Of a stretch of DNA of 64,000 nucleotides, positions 19,775-28,929 are shown in pieces. Under the pieces are notes generated by a model. It did no database searches, was not told the DNA's origin, and was given only the letters and a program-made list of their open reading frames with translations. The DNA is taken from the NCBI GenBank assembly GCA_045106935.1, contig JBGCFN010000005.1:17732-81731 (forward strand), read 5' to 3'. The position numbers were made by a program, and so were the translations under genes. This DNA comes from Gammaproteobacteria bacterium. GTDB taxonomy: Bacteria > Pseudomonadota > Gammaproteobacteria > UBA4575. Each line of letters starts with the position of its first letter. Position 1 is the stretch's first letter.

Positions 19775-20630
19775 AAGAAACGTGAAATATCCAAGTCACC
19801 AATCAGGAGTAGCATTGCTCGCCGTGCTCTGGATAACAGCATTTTTAGCTGCTATCGCAAGTACCGTTGCTCATCAATCAAGGACAAGTTTACAAGTGAC
19901 AAAGAATCGCATCGATATGATGCAGCTGGGTCAAATTGCAGAAAGTGCAGTATTGTTAAGAATTGTCGATCAGATTAACTCCCCACAATTACCTAGCACC
20001 AGTGTAGAGACAGCATTACTTCCCGCATTACCCGATGGTATTAACGTTAATTTATCAATACATGATGAATCTGGTAAGGTGGATTTGAATTCTGCACCGC
20101 AAGCAGTGCTTGTTAGTTTGATGATTGAAGTTGGTTTAGATGAAGATACTGCTATTAATGTGTCAAATTCAATTCTTGACTGGCGTGATGAAGATGAGCT
20201 CACAAGAGTTAATGGTGCAGAAGATATTGAATATCAAAAATCTGGATATCAATATGGAAGTAAAGACGCTGATTTTGAAAGAATTGAAGAATTACAATTA
20301 GTTAAAGGTGTGTCGGCAGAACTATTTGCTGCGATAAGTCCTCATGTTACCGTTTATGCGCAAGATTTTGGTGTTAACGTCTCAGCGGCATCGAATCTCG
20401 TTCAGCAAGTGGTATCCAATGCTGCAATCTTAGAGTCTGACCTCGCTGAAGATGAGGCTTTGTTAGATAGTGAGGAGGCGTTCACATCGTTGTCTGGTGG
20501 AGTGGTCTTTAATATTCGTGCAAGTGTGAGTACTAAAAGCGGTGTCAGCCAAAACTTATCTACAGTGATAAGAATAGAAAGAGGGAATATATATGAACCA
20601 TTTACTGTGCTTAAATGGTTGCAAGAGTGA
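19761..20630 (+). CDS. gspK: minor pseudopilin GspK
   Basis: GVALLAVLWITAFLAAIA N-terminus without the Glu+5 that GspK typically lacks, 289 aa. Overlaps gspJ. Confidence 0.7.
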   Translation: MWFVRRNVKYPSHQSGVALLAVLWITAFLAAIASTVAHQSRTSLQVTKNRIDMMQLGQIAESAVLLRIVDQINSPQLPSTSVETALLPALPDGINVNLSIHDESGKVDLNSAPQAVLVSLMIEVGLDEDTAINVSNSILDWRDEDELTRVNGAEDIEYQKSGYQYGSKDADFERIEELQLVKGVSAELFAAISPHVTVYAQDFGVNVSAASNLVQQVVSNAAILESDLAEDEALLDSEEAFTSLSGGVVFNIRASVSTKSGVSQNLSTVIRIERGNIYEPFTVLKWLQE

Positions 20631-21721
20631 TTAGAATGATGACGACATTGATAGATAATTTAAAAATTCGAGAAAACTATGATTGGTGGCGATCTGAGCT
20701 TGCCGGTATGTTGCCGAATTTGAATATTCAATCAGGTAGTAATTCTCAAGTCTTTTCAATTGAGCTATCAATGAATGGGTACCAATTGAATTGGCATGAG
20801 GCTGATAAGCAAGTCGCTAGCCAATCGAAATTTGATTCCAGTGATGCGGTTAAGAAATTTAATGATGTGGTTGGTAATGATAAAAATCTATCGGTAAGTT
20901 CGTGCACTTTACGTATTGCGAGTCATTTAATTCTCTCTAAGGAAATAAGTCTTCCCTCTGCTACAGAAGAAAATTTAGAGAATGTTATTGCATACGAAAT
21001 TGATAGATATACGCCATTCAAGAAAGAAGATGTCTATTTTAGTGTGCAAGTAAAAGATAGAGATAAAAAAGAAAAGAAGATAAATGTTTTATTAAATGTT
21101 GTTAAGAAAAGCCTGCTGGACGATGTGTTGAAGTTTGCAGAATCATGTGATTTATCTATTGATAATGTGTTTAATGCTGATAACGATGAAAGAATATATT
21201 TCGTAGATTTTTTAGGTAATCAACAACAAAACAAAAAGAAAAATTCTTTAGATAGGTTTTTGTTAATTGCTATGGTGATTTTATTTATCACAGCATTGGC
21301 GTTGCCCATTGGTAAAAATTATTGGGTTGGGAAGCAATTGCAAGAAAGATTTACTGCTAAAGAAAGTGAAATTGCTGAAGTGAAAGAATTATTGGCCGAA
21401 TATAAAGCTGTTAAGAATAATGCAGAGCTTGTTGAGCAACTTAGTCTAAATAATATTAAAGTGATGAAGTTGTTAAATGACCTAACAAAGATCATTCCAA
21501 ATGACACGTCGTTGAATAGACTGTCAATGGAAGATGGTGTGGTACGTATACAAGGCTTATCTTCAGAAGCGTCAAAACTGCTTCCTTTGTTGGATTCAGC
21601 AAATAATTTTTCTGCGGTAAGGTTTGTTGCACCAGTCTCGCAAAGTGGTGACTCTAATAAAGAAAAATTTACGATAGAAATTAAGTTGCTACAAATAGGC
21701 GAAAATCATGCAGACGGGTAA
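20615..21721 (+). CDS. gspL: T2SS protein GspL
   Basis: 368 aa, bitopic, with a cytoplasmic actin-like N-terminal region and a periplasmic C-terminus. Its position and overlaps are consistent with gspL. Confidence 0.6.
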   Translation: MVARVIRMMTTLIDNLKIRENYDWWRSELAGMLPNLNIQSGSNSQVFSIELSMNGYQLNWHEADKQVASQSKFDSSDAVKKFNDVVGNDKNLSVSSCTLRIASHLILSKEISLPSATEENLENVIAYEIDRYTPFKKEDVYFSVQVKDRDKKEKKINVLLNVVKKSLLDDVLKFAESCDLSIDNVFNADNDERIYFVDFLGNQQQNKKKNSLDRFLLIAMVILFITALALPIGKNYWVGKQLQERFTAKESEIAEVKELLAEYKAVKNNAELVEQLSLNNIKVMKLLNDLTKIIPNDTSLNRLSMEDGVVRIQGLSSEASKLLPLLDSANNFSAVRFVAPVSQSGDSNKEKFTIEIKLLQIGENHADG

Positions 21722-22283
21722 TCGTCCAAGAGGGCGTCTTTTAGCATTAGGAATATTATTTATTCTTGTATTGCTTTTTGTCATGCTTATTGTGAATCCT
21801 TATCTTGGTTTGCTGAGTGCTTCGAATGATTATGTGAGTGATCAGGCATTTCAATTGCAACGCGGAAATAAGATGTTGCAAAGAAAAGAATTTTACTTGG
21901 ATGAAATAGATCGTTTCCAAGATTCATTTAATGCAGAAGATATATATTTGTCTAGCACGAAAAAAGCATTGGCCACTGCTGAAATTCAACAAATCATAAA
22001 GAGAATTTCAAGTCAAAGTGATGCCGAGCTGATAAGTAGTCAACCTGTCTCTTCTGATGAAGCAGAAATTAATAGAGTAGGTCTTAGTGTGCGCGTCAAA
22101 GCAGATATATTTAGTCTGCAAAAACTTTTATACGAGATAGAAGCAGGCAAACCAAATTTATTTGTTGATGAGATACAAATAGATCGTGGTAGTCGTACGA
22201 TATATAAATTCAAAAGTCAGGAATCGAACAATCAGTCTTTAAATATCACAATGAAGCTATTTGGATATATTAAAAATAAGTAA
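21708..22283 (+). CDS. gspM: T2SS protein GspM
   Basis: 191 aa with a single N-terminal TM. Overlaps gspL. Confidence 0.6.
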   Translation: MQTGNRPRGRLLALGILFILVLLFVMLIVNPYLGLLSASNDYVSDQAFQLQRGNKMLQRKEFYLDEIDRFQDSFNAEDIYLSSTKKALATAEIQQIIKRISSQSDAELISSQPVSSDEAEINRVGLSVRVKADIFSLQKLLYEIEAGKPNLFVDEIQIDRGSRTIYKFKSQESNNQSLNITMKLFGYIKNK

Positions 22284-22288
22284 ATGCT

Positions 22289-23068
22289 ATGAAATATTTC
22301 TTACTGCTTATATGTGCATTGCTACTTGGGTTGATCTTTTATCAGGTAAAATTTTATCCTGGTAATGATGCGATATTGACTGATAATGATGGAGTTTTCG
22401 AGAGTGCAGAGGGAGAGACTGGCAATTTTGATTCTCAACTTCGTTCAATCAAAGCATATTCTGAAATTATTGATCGGCCATTATTTTCATCAAATAGAAA
22501 ACCACCTCTGATCGCTAGTCAAAACTTTTCAAATTCAGTGAGTGCTGCCGAGCTTGAAGACTTGGTTTTATTTGGTGTAGTGGTAAGTCAAGAGCTAACA
22601 TATGCGCTTATTAAAGATAATAACAGCGGCGAAACTGAGCAAATAACAAAAGGACGACAATATCGGGGTTGGAAAGTCAGTGAGATCACGTCAGAAAGTA
22701 TTAAGTTTGAAGCTGATAATGCTCAATATGAATTATTTTTATCACCTAACGAGAGTACTAAGAAAAATGGCGTGAGATCTGCTAATTCATCATCAGAAAG
22801 AATTGTGAATAGTCGAGCTGGAAGTAATAAAAAGCCTGTTGAAAGAACCGTGATTAAATCTTACAAGTCAATATTTCGAAGCTCACAAAAAAAATCATCA
22901 CCTATAAAGCTTCCTCCCGACTCGTCAAGTCAAAAGAAAACACGTGAGCTACCTGAATTTAGTGAGGCAGAACTAGAAAAACTTCATGAAGAGGGAGGGT
23001 ACGAGTATAACCCTGATGATGAAGACTATGATGATGATGATGATGAGGATGAGGGATTCGAAGAGTAG
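22289..23068 (+). CDS. gspN: GspC/XpsN-type T2SS protein with an unusual poly-acidic C-terminal tail
   Basis: N-terminal TM, an HR-like segment (IDRPLFSSNRKPP) and a C-terminal DDEDYDDDDDEDEGFEE. It occupies the position that xpsN holds in Xanthomonas-type clusters. Confidence 0.5.
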   Translation: MKYFLLLICALLLGLIFYQVKFYPGNDAILTDNDGVFESAEGETGNFDSQLRSIKAYSEIIDRPLFSSNRKPPLIASQNFSNSVSAAELEDLVLFGVVVSQELTYALIKDNNSGETEQITKGRQYRGWKVSEITSESIKFEADNAQYELFLSPNESTKKNGVRSANSSSERIVNSRAGSNKKPVERTVIKSYKSIFRSSQKKSSPIKLPPDSSSQKKTRELPEFSEAELEKLHEEGGYEYNPDDEDYDDDDDEDEGFEE

Positions 23069-23314
23069 GAATCTCCCTACTTTGATTAATTGAATTTTAA
23101 AGAGTCATACAAAATACATAATATCAAAACGTTATTGTAGTATTTAAGCGGTATTCTATAATTTTTGACAGCTTTTCATTCTAGAAAATTGCTGTTTTTA
23201 TTATTATGGTCAAAGGGTTCAACGGTTTTATTAATTGATCTTTTATGTGGATGCGGGTTAATCTGGTCGATAGGAGTTTATATACCCATAATAATAATTA
23301 TATAAAAATACACC

Positions 23315-25600
23315 ATGAATACTAAAGTAGAGAATATAAAACCTTTTTTCTTTTCTTTTTTGGCTACCTTGCTTGTTTCATGCGCAGCCCCAAGCGAAGT
23401 GATGAAGCAAGAGTCTGCAGAACCTGTCATGGTTAAGGCGAAGAATACAAATGTCGTTGATGTCGCCACTAGTCAAACGAACACTCAGGTAGCTGAAGAC
23501 AGCAAATCGCCCAAATCTGAAAAATTTAAAGGGTCTGGCCGTTTCGTCAATAAAAATCCTAAGTCTCGTGTTAAGCATTCATACAGCACGAATGATGATG
23601 TCAGCTTGATGTTTCAGGATGCGCCAATTGAAGAAGTCGCCACTACAATTCTTGGTGACTTAATGGGAATGGCGTATGTGCTTGATGAGCGTGTTGCAGG
23701 GTCAGTCAGTTTAAAAACAGGTCGGCCTATCCCGCGTAATGCATTGGTGGCTGTGATGGAAGGTATTCTAAAAGCCAATAATGCTGTGTTACTCGATAAT
23801 GATGGAATATTTCATATAGTCCCTACTAGTGAAAATCTTAGTAGTGTCGTGTCACCATCATTCGCGCTTGAAGCAGACAAAGGTTATCAAATTATTGTCG
23901 TGCCTCTGCGATATATTGCCGCAGAGGAAATGAAAAATATTCTTGGCTCAATACAGGGTGCTGATGCCAAAATACAAACAGATGCGCGTCGTAATTTAAT
24001 ACTGGTCTCTGGATCGCAGTCAGAATTAAAGAATATGCTGGATACCATTGAAATATTTGATGTTGACCAGCTTAAAGGGATGTCTACTGGCATCTTTAGA
24101 CTTTCTCAAGCTGATGCACCGACAATCGCCAATGAGCTGCAAACAATATTCAATTATGAGATCAACCCAGCCAATGGTGCTGAAGGCAGTACTACCGCTT
24201 CTATTATTCGCTTTGTTCCCATAGAAAGAATTAATGCCGTTTTAGTCATCACGCCGCAAGCGAATTATTTGGATGCTGTTGAGCAGTGGGTAAACCGTCT
24301 AGATGTCGTTGATAACAGTATCGATAGAGCATTGCATGTGTATTTCGTTCAGAATGTTCGTTCAGGTTATTTAGCAGGTATTTTGCAAGAGTTGTTTGAT
24401 GCCGATGTTAGTACGCAGGAGAGTCAAGACGCACAAGGTGGTTTGAGTCCAGGTTCTTCAGGCAATACTCAATCGAGTTTTGGGGCAAGTAATGCATTGA
24501 GTACAAGCGCTGATTCGCTTGATGGTGATCCGCCATCGGGCCCTTCCTCAGGTGGCTTGGGTTCTTTGCAAAGACGATCCGCATTCTCTAGTAACTTCAG
24601 TAGTTCAAATAGTAGTAGTGGCGGCGGCAATAGTGATAGCCCAATTAAGATTATCGCTGACGAAGAAAATAATGCTTTGGTCATTAAAGCAACCAATGAT
24701 GAGTATGCGGATATAGAGGATGCGATTAAGCGGCTTGATATTGTTCCTCTGCAAGTGCTTGTTGAAGCAACGATTGTGGAAGTGACTTTGACTGGTGATT
24801 TAACTTATGGGCTAGAATGGTTTTTCAGAAACAATAATGTCGCTGATGGTAATGATGGAATCGCACGTCTTGATATTGGTGGCGGTGGCGTCACGAGTGA
24901 TTTGGGAGTTGCCCCTGGATTTTCATACTCGATAGTGGATAGTGCCGGCCTAGTAAGAGCAACATTAAACGCGTTAGCTGGAGATTCAAAAATTAAAGTT
25001 ATTTCATCTCCTTCACTGATGGTGTTAGATAATCACTCAGCTTCAATCAATGTTGGAGATCAAGTGCCAGTCAGAACCTCGGAGTCAACCAACACTGGCA
25101 CGACAGGTGATAACTCAATCGTTACCAGCACAATTCAGTTTGTTGAGACGGGAGTGACTTTGGAAGTGTCTCCTCGAGTAAGTAAAGGTGGTAATGTGGC
25201 AATGGATATTTTTCAGAGTATTCGTACTGCCGATACTACGATTACTTCATCTATCGATTCTCCAACGATTAACCAGCGTCAAGTTCAAACATCTGTGTCT
25301 GTCTTAAGTGGGGAAACCATAGTGCTTGGTGGTTTAATCCAAGATAACAATGGTAAACGTAATAATGGTATACCTGGTTTGAGGAACTTACCCATTGCAG
25401 GTGCATTATTTGGGACCACAACAAATAACTCATCTCGTACTGAATTGTTAGTGTTAATCACCCCAACTGCAGTACGTAATGCGACTGAATCTAAAGAAGC
25501 CACTGTTGAATTGAGAGATAAATTGAAAGGCTTAAAACTTCCGGAACTGGATTCTGATGGAACAATTAAAGCGACAGAATACAAAGGCATTCGTTGGTAG
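23315..25600 (+). CDS. gspD: T2SS secretin GspD, lipoprotein type
   Basis: Lipobox LLVSC, N0-N3-like domains, a Gly/Ser-rich linker and a secretin C-domain (VVLGGLIQDN...GIPGL..LPI.GALFG). Confidence 0.9.
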   Translation: MNTKVENIKPFFFSFLATLLVSCAAPSEVMKQESAEPVMVKAKNTNVVDVATSQTNTQVAEDSKSPKSEKFKGSGRFVNKNPKSRVKHSYSTNDDVSLMFQDAPIEEVATTILGDLMGMAYVLDERVAGSVSLKTGRPIPRNALVAVMEGILKANNAVLLDNDGIFHIVPTSENLSSVVSPSFALEADKGYQIIVVPLRYIAAEEMKNILGSIQGADAKIQTDARRNLILVSGSQSELKNMLDTIEIFDVDQLKGMSTGIFRLSQADAPTIANELQTIFNYEINPANGAEGSTTASIIRFVPIERINAVLVITPQANYLDAVEQWVNRLDVVDNSIDRALHVYFVQNVRSGYLAGILQELFDADVSTQESQDAQGGLSPGSSGNTQSSFGASNALSTSADSLDGDPPSGPSSGGLGSLQRRSAFSSNFSSSNSSSGGGNSDSPIKIIADEENNALVIKATNDEYADIEDAIKRLDIVPLQVLVEATIVEVTLTGDLTYGLEWFFRNNNVADGNDGIARLDIGGGGVTSDLGVAPGFSYSIVDSAGLVRATLNALAGDSKIKVISSPSLMVLDNHSASINVGDQVPVRTSESTNTGTTGDNSIVTSTIQFVETGVTLEVSPRVSKGGNVAMDIFQSIRTADTTITSSIDSPTINQRQVQTSVSVLSGETIVLGGLIQDNNGKRNNGIPGLRNLPIAGALFGTTTNNSSRTELLVLITPTAVRNATESKEATVELRDKLKGLKLPELDSDGTIKATEYKGIRW

Positions 25601-25696
25601 TTAAGAATTAATAAACATCCATGTGTCATATTTCAATTACAGCGTCATTGAATGTGAATCTAAGCATGGATAATCAACGTCAATACCTATAATTTT

Positions 25697-27619
25697 ATGC
25701 AAAGTAAGATTCGTGATGATTCTGATGCACTGAGAGAATTTTATTCTATTGCTTTATCCAAAGATCTGACATTTGTAGATCAGGCTAAAGAAGTGCTACG
25801 CCTAGGTTGCGAATATCTAGGTCTGCATTGTGGAATAATTTCATACGTCGAAGGCGAGCGTTACACTATACTGCATGTGTATACGGCCACTGATGAGTAT
25901 GAAATACAAGGTGGTGATGTATTTGAATTAGGGCTGACTTATTGCAAATTCACTTTAGAGCAGAAAAAAGCAATCGGTTTTCATCATGCGGCGCTCACAG
26001 ATATCGCTAAGCACCCTTCCTATGAAGCACTGAAATTAGAATCTTATCTCGGTGCTCCTACGTTTTTGAATGATACATTATTCGGTACAGTCAATTTTAC
26101 CAGTATCAATCCTCGTGCTCATGAATTCACAGAGAGCGAAATTTACTATGCTCAACTAATTTCAGAATGGATTTCAAAAGAGCTTGATAGAAATTATCGT
26201 CAAGTACCAAGTTATCAGCAACATGTCACTTTGACCTCACGGTTAGAGACCTCACCATTAGCCATTATAGAAATGACGCCTGCATTTGAAGTGACTAAAT
26301 GGAGTGATACTGCAGAATTAATTTTGGGCTGGCGCGAAGAACAAGTACTGAATAAGGCACCCAAAGATTGGCCAGTGGTTGGGAAAGATGACTTGGTCAA
26401 TCTAATTTCAATGCTAGATAATTTGCAAAACTGTAACGATCAAGGGTGTGCATTTTCCTGTGACCTACGAAAAAATAACGGCCAATTAATTTCAACGGAA
26501 TGGATGCTCTCATGTACATTCTCTGAAAAAGAAAAGTGTACAAAAGCCCAGGCGCATGTGTTGGATATTACCGATAGAGTCAATGCAGAGAATGAATTGT
26601 TAAGAAAAAGTGCTTTATACCTAGACTTATTTCAGAACGCGCCAGATATGTATATGTCACTTGATCAGACGGGCAATATTATTTCTATCAATAACCAGTG
26701 TAAAAATATATTGGGGTATGAGGTTGTTGAACTTATTGGGACGCCTTTCTGGAGTTTGATAGATAAAAAAGATCTTAGACGAATTCGTCGATTGATTGAT
26801 GTCGCTTTTCTAGGAGATGTTGAAGAGCTAGAAATGGAAGCGAATATTCTTAAAAAGGATAATTCAATCATTAGAGCGCATCAAAGAATTAGAATTATTC
26901 AAGTCGGAAAGGGTGCACCACATGAACTAAGAATAATTCTAAGGGATATTACAGAGCGCACAAGAGGGCAAATATATCGGCTAGACCATATGAGGCACCA
27001 GCGTGATGAAATCACCACAGAAGTTCAGCATCGAATAAAAAACAGTTTGCAAGCAGTGATTGGTATGTTGACCGTTAGTGTCGATGCGCATCCAGATTTG
27101 AAGCCCATACTGACAAACTCAATCGCCCAAATAAATACCATCTCAATCGTTAACGGTTTGATCATGGATGGTAAGCAAGATGTAAATGTATTGAATTTAT
27201 TGACTAACTTATTTGATGCATCATCAAAATTATTCAATTGTGAAATACGCTTAAAGCAAACTAGTAAAGATCAAGCTGTCCAGATGTTGGTTGCTGACGA
27301 AGTCATTTCTGTCTCACTGGTCATTACGGAGTTATTAATTAATGCATTAAAGCACCACGCGCAAAATAGTAATAATGAGGATTATGTCTCTGCTAGCGTT
27401 GAAATTGATGACGATGAAGTTAATCTGAGTATCATCAATACCTTTGATCAATCGATACCTTCAAAAGAGCATGAATCACACCTTGGGCTGATGATGATTG
27501 ATGCTTTGTTGCCTCCGCAGGGCGCAGTGCTTCAAGCTTCTAATGAGCATGGAGTCTATGCAGCCAAATTGACTATAAAAGAACCAGTAATAATAAATGG
27601 TAATAATGATACATGGTAA
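25697..27619 (+). CDS. cytoplasmic GAF/PAS sensor histidine kinase of the HWE/HisKA_2 type (PdtaS-like)
   Basis: No TMs. HWE-type H-box EVQHRIKNSLQAVIGML and an ATPase region ELLINALKHHAQN. The partner REC-ANTAR gene follows. Confidence 0.65.
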   Translation: MQSKIRDDSDALREFYSIALSKDLTFVDQAKEVLRLGCEYLGLHCGIISYVEGERYTILHVYTATDEYEIQGGDVFELGLTYCKFTLEQKKAIGFHHAALTDIAKHPSYEALKLESYLGAPTFLNDTLFGTVNFTSINPRAHEFTESEIYYAQLISEWISKELDRNYRQVPSYQQHVTLTSRLETSPLAIIEMTPAFEVTKWSDTAELILGWREEQVLNKAPKDWPVVGKDDLVNLISMLDNLQNCNDQGCAFSCDLRKNNGQLISTEWMLSCTFSEKEKCTKAQAHVLDITDRVNAENELLRKSALYLDLFQNAPDMYMSLDQTGNIISINNQCKNILGYEVVELIGTPFWSLIDKKDLRRIRRLIDVAFLGDVEELEMEANILKKDNSIIRAHQRIRIIQVGKGAPHELRIILRDITERTRGQIYRLDHMRHQRDEITTEVQHRIKNSLQAVIGMLTVSVDAHPDLKPILTNSIAQINTISIVNGLIMDGKQDVNVLNLLTNLFDASSKLFNCEIRLKQTSKDQAVQMLVADEVISVSLVITELLINALKHHAQNSNNEDYVSASVEIDDDEVNLSIINTFDQSIPSKEHESHLGLMMIDALLPPQGAVLQASNEHGVYAAKLTIKEPVIINGNNDTW

Positions 27620-27792
27620 ATATTAAAATTAGACAATAAAATTGTTTAATATATTTATATATGAATAATCTAATTTAGATTTCATATTAGACTTTCATTA
27701 TAGTAAGAGAATCTTATTGCGCTGAGTAATGTCTTGCTGTTATAACTGTTAAGATAATAAAAAAATATAAATTTGCTGGGGGGCGGTTTTAT

Positions 27793-28437
27793 ATGTCACA
27801 GCCGAAAATTTTATTGGCAGATGATGATCGTGTCATTCGGGTTACATTTGCAAATGGCCTGCGTATGCGGAATTTTGACGTTATTGAAGCTGAAAACGGT
27901 GAGAAAGCCATTGAACTGGGGTGTGAACACCAGCCTGAGCTCGCTATCATGGATTTCCGCTTGCCAGACATCTCTGGCGCTGAAGTCGCAACTCAGCTGC
28001 AAGAACAAGCCAATGTCTCTAGTATTTTCTTATCTGCCTATGCTGAGCAAGAGTTTGTTGAAAAAGCCACACAAGCAGGTGCATTAGGTTATTTAATCAA
28101 ACCAATCGATTTTGATCATGCGTTACCCACCATCAATTCTGCATTGGAACGATCAAAAGAAATCAAACAACTCAAAGATACTGAGAGTCAACTGAACACA
28201 GCGTTGGAACAGGGTAGAGAGACCAGTGTCGCGATTGGAATTCTCATGCAGGAGTACCACATCACTTCTGAGCAGGCATTCGATATGATTCGAGGCCAAG
28301 CACGCTCGCAACGACGCAAAGTAGCCAATGTGGCAACAGACTTAGTTCAGGCAGTGAATAACTTAAATGGGTTCACCACCGAAATGCGTGATAGAAATGA
28401 AGAATTTCTAAAACAAATGAAGCGCCCTAAGTCATAA
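27793..28437 (+). CDS. REC-ANTAR response regulator (AmiR/NasT/EutV/PdtaR-type RNA-binding antiterminator)
   Basis: REC (ILLADDDRVIR...MDFRLPDISG...IFLSAYAE...IKP) plus a C-terminal ANTAR domain (ALEQGRETSVAIGILMQEYHITSEQAFDMIRGQARSQRRKVANVATDLV). Confidence 0.8.
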   Translation: MSQPKILLADDDRVIRVTFANGLRMRNFDVIEAENGEKAIELGCEHQPELAIMDFRLPDISGAEVATQLQEQANVSSIFLSAYAEQEFVEKATQAGALGYLIKPIDFDHALPTINSALERSKEIKQLKDTESQLNTALEQGRETSVAIGILMQEYHITSEQAFDMIRGQARSQRRKVANVATDLVQAVNNLNGFTTEMRDRNEEFLKQMKRPKS

Positions 28438-28609
28438 TTACCTGACAACAAAGTGCAATAAATTCAAGTAACGTATTAATTATATTAGTTAAATATGCAT
28501 CTACAGAATCATTCTAAAAATTCTCTTTAGTGCTTGATTTATATCAATAATAAGTCTATAAATGTACCTACAGCTTTGTGGGTATATAAATAAAATAAAC
28601 TTACCCACC

Positions 28610-28645
28610 GAGGACCCAAACCAACTAGTCCTCATTTTCATTCCA
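28610..28645 (+). promoter_or_regulatory. leader hairpin (GAGGAC-12 nt-GUCCUC) followed by a U-rich tract, a candidate attenuator within the 490-nt leader upstream of 28930
   Basis: Direct reading: gaggacccaaaccaactagtcctc then attttcatt. Confidence 0.3.
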
Positions 28646-28929
28646 ATCAATGGCTATAACCTTTGCCATCAGCAATAAATCTTTAGGCCTCGTTCCTGCC
28701 TAATTCAAATCAAAAGAATTGATTTTGTGTATTCGCAAACAATTTTGCGTATATGCGGAAAATTTCTGGAGAGCGACTTAAAGATTTTTCATCCTAAATA
28801 ATTCTTTGAGTAATTCACCAGAAATGTACATCCCAGGGAAGAGCCGCAGCATCTAACAATGTTGGGGGAACATCTACACGGACAGTAGATACCAATGTTG
28901 TTAAACAAAGTTTTCATGGGAGGAGTTTT

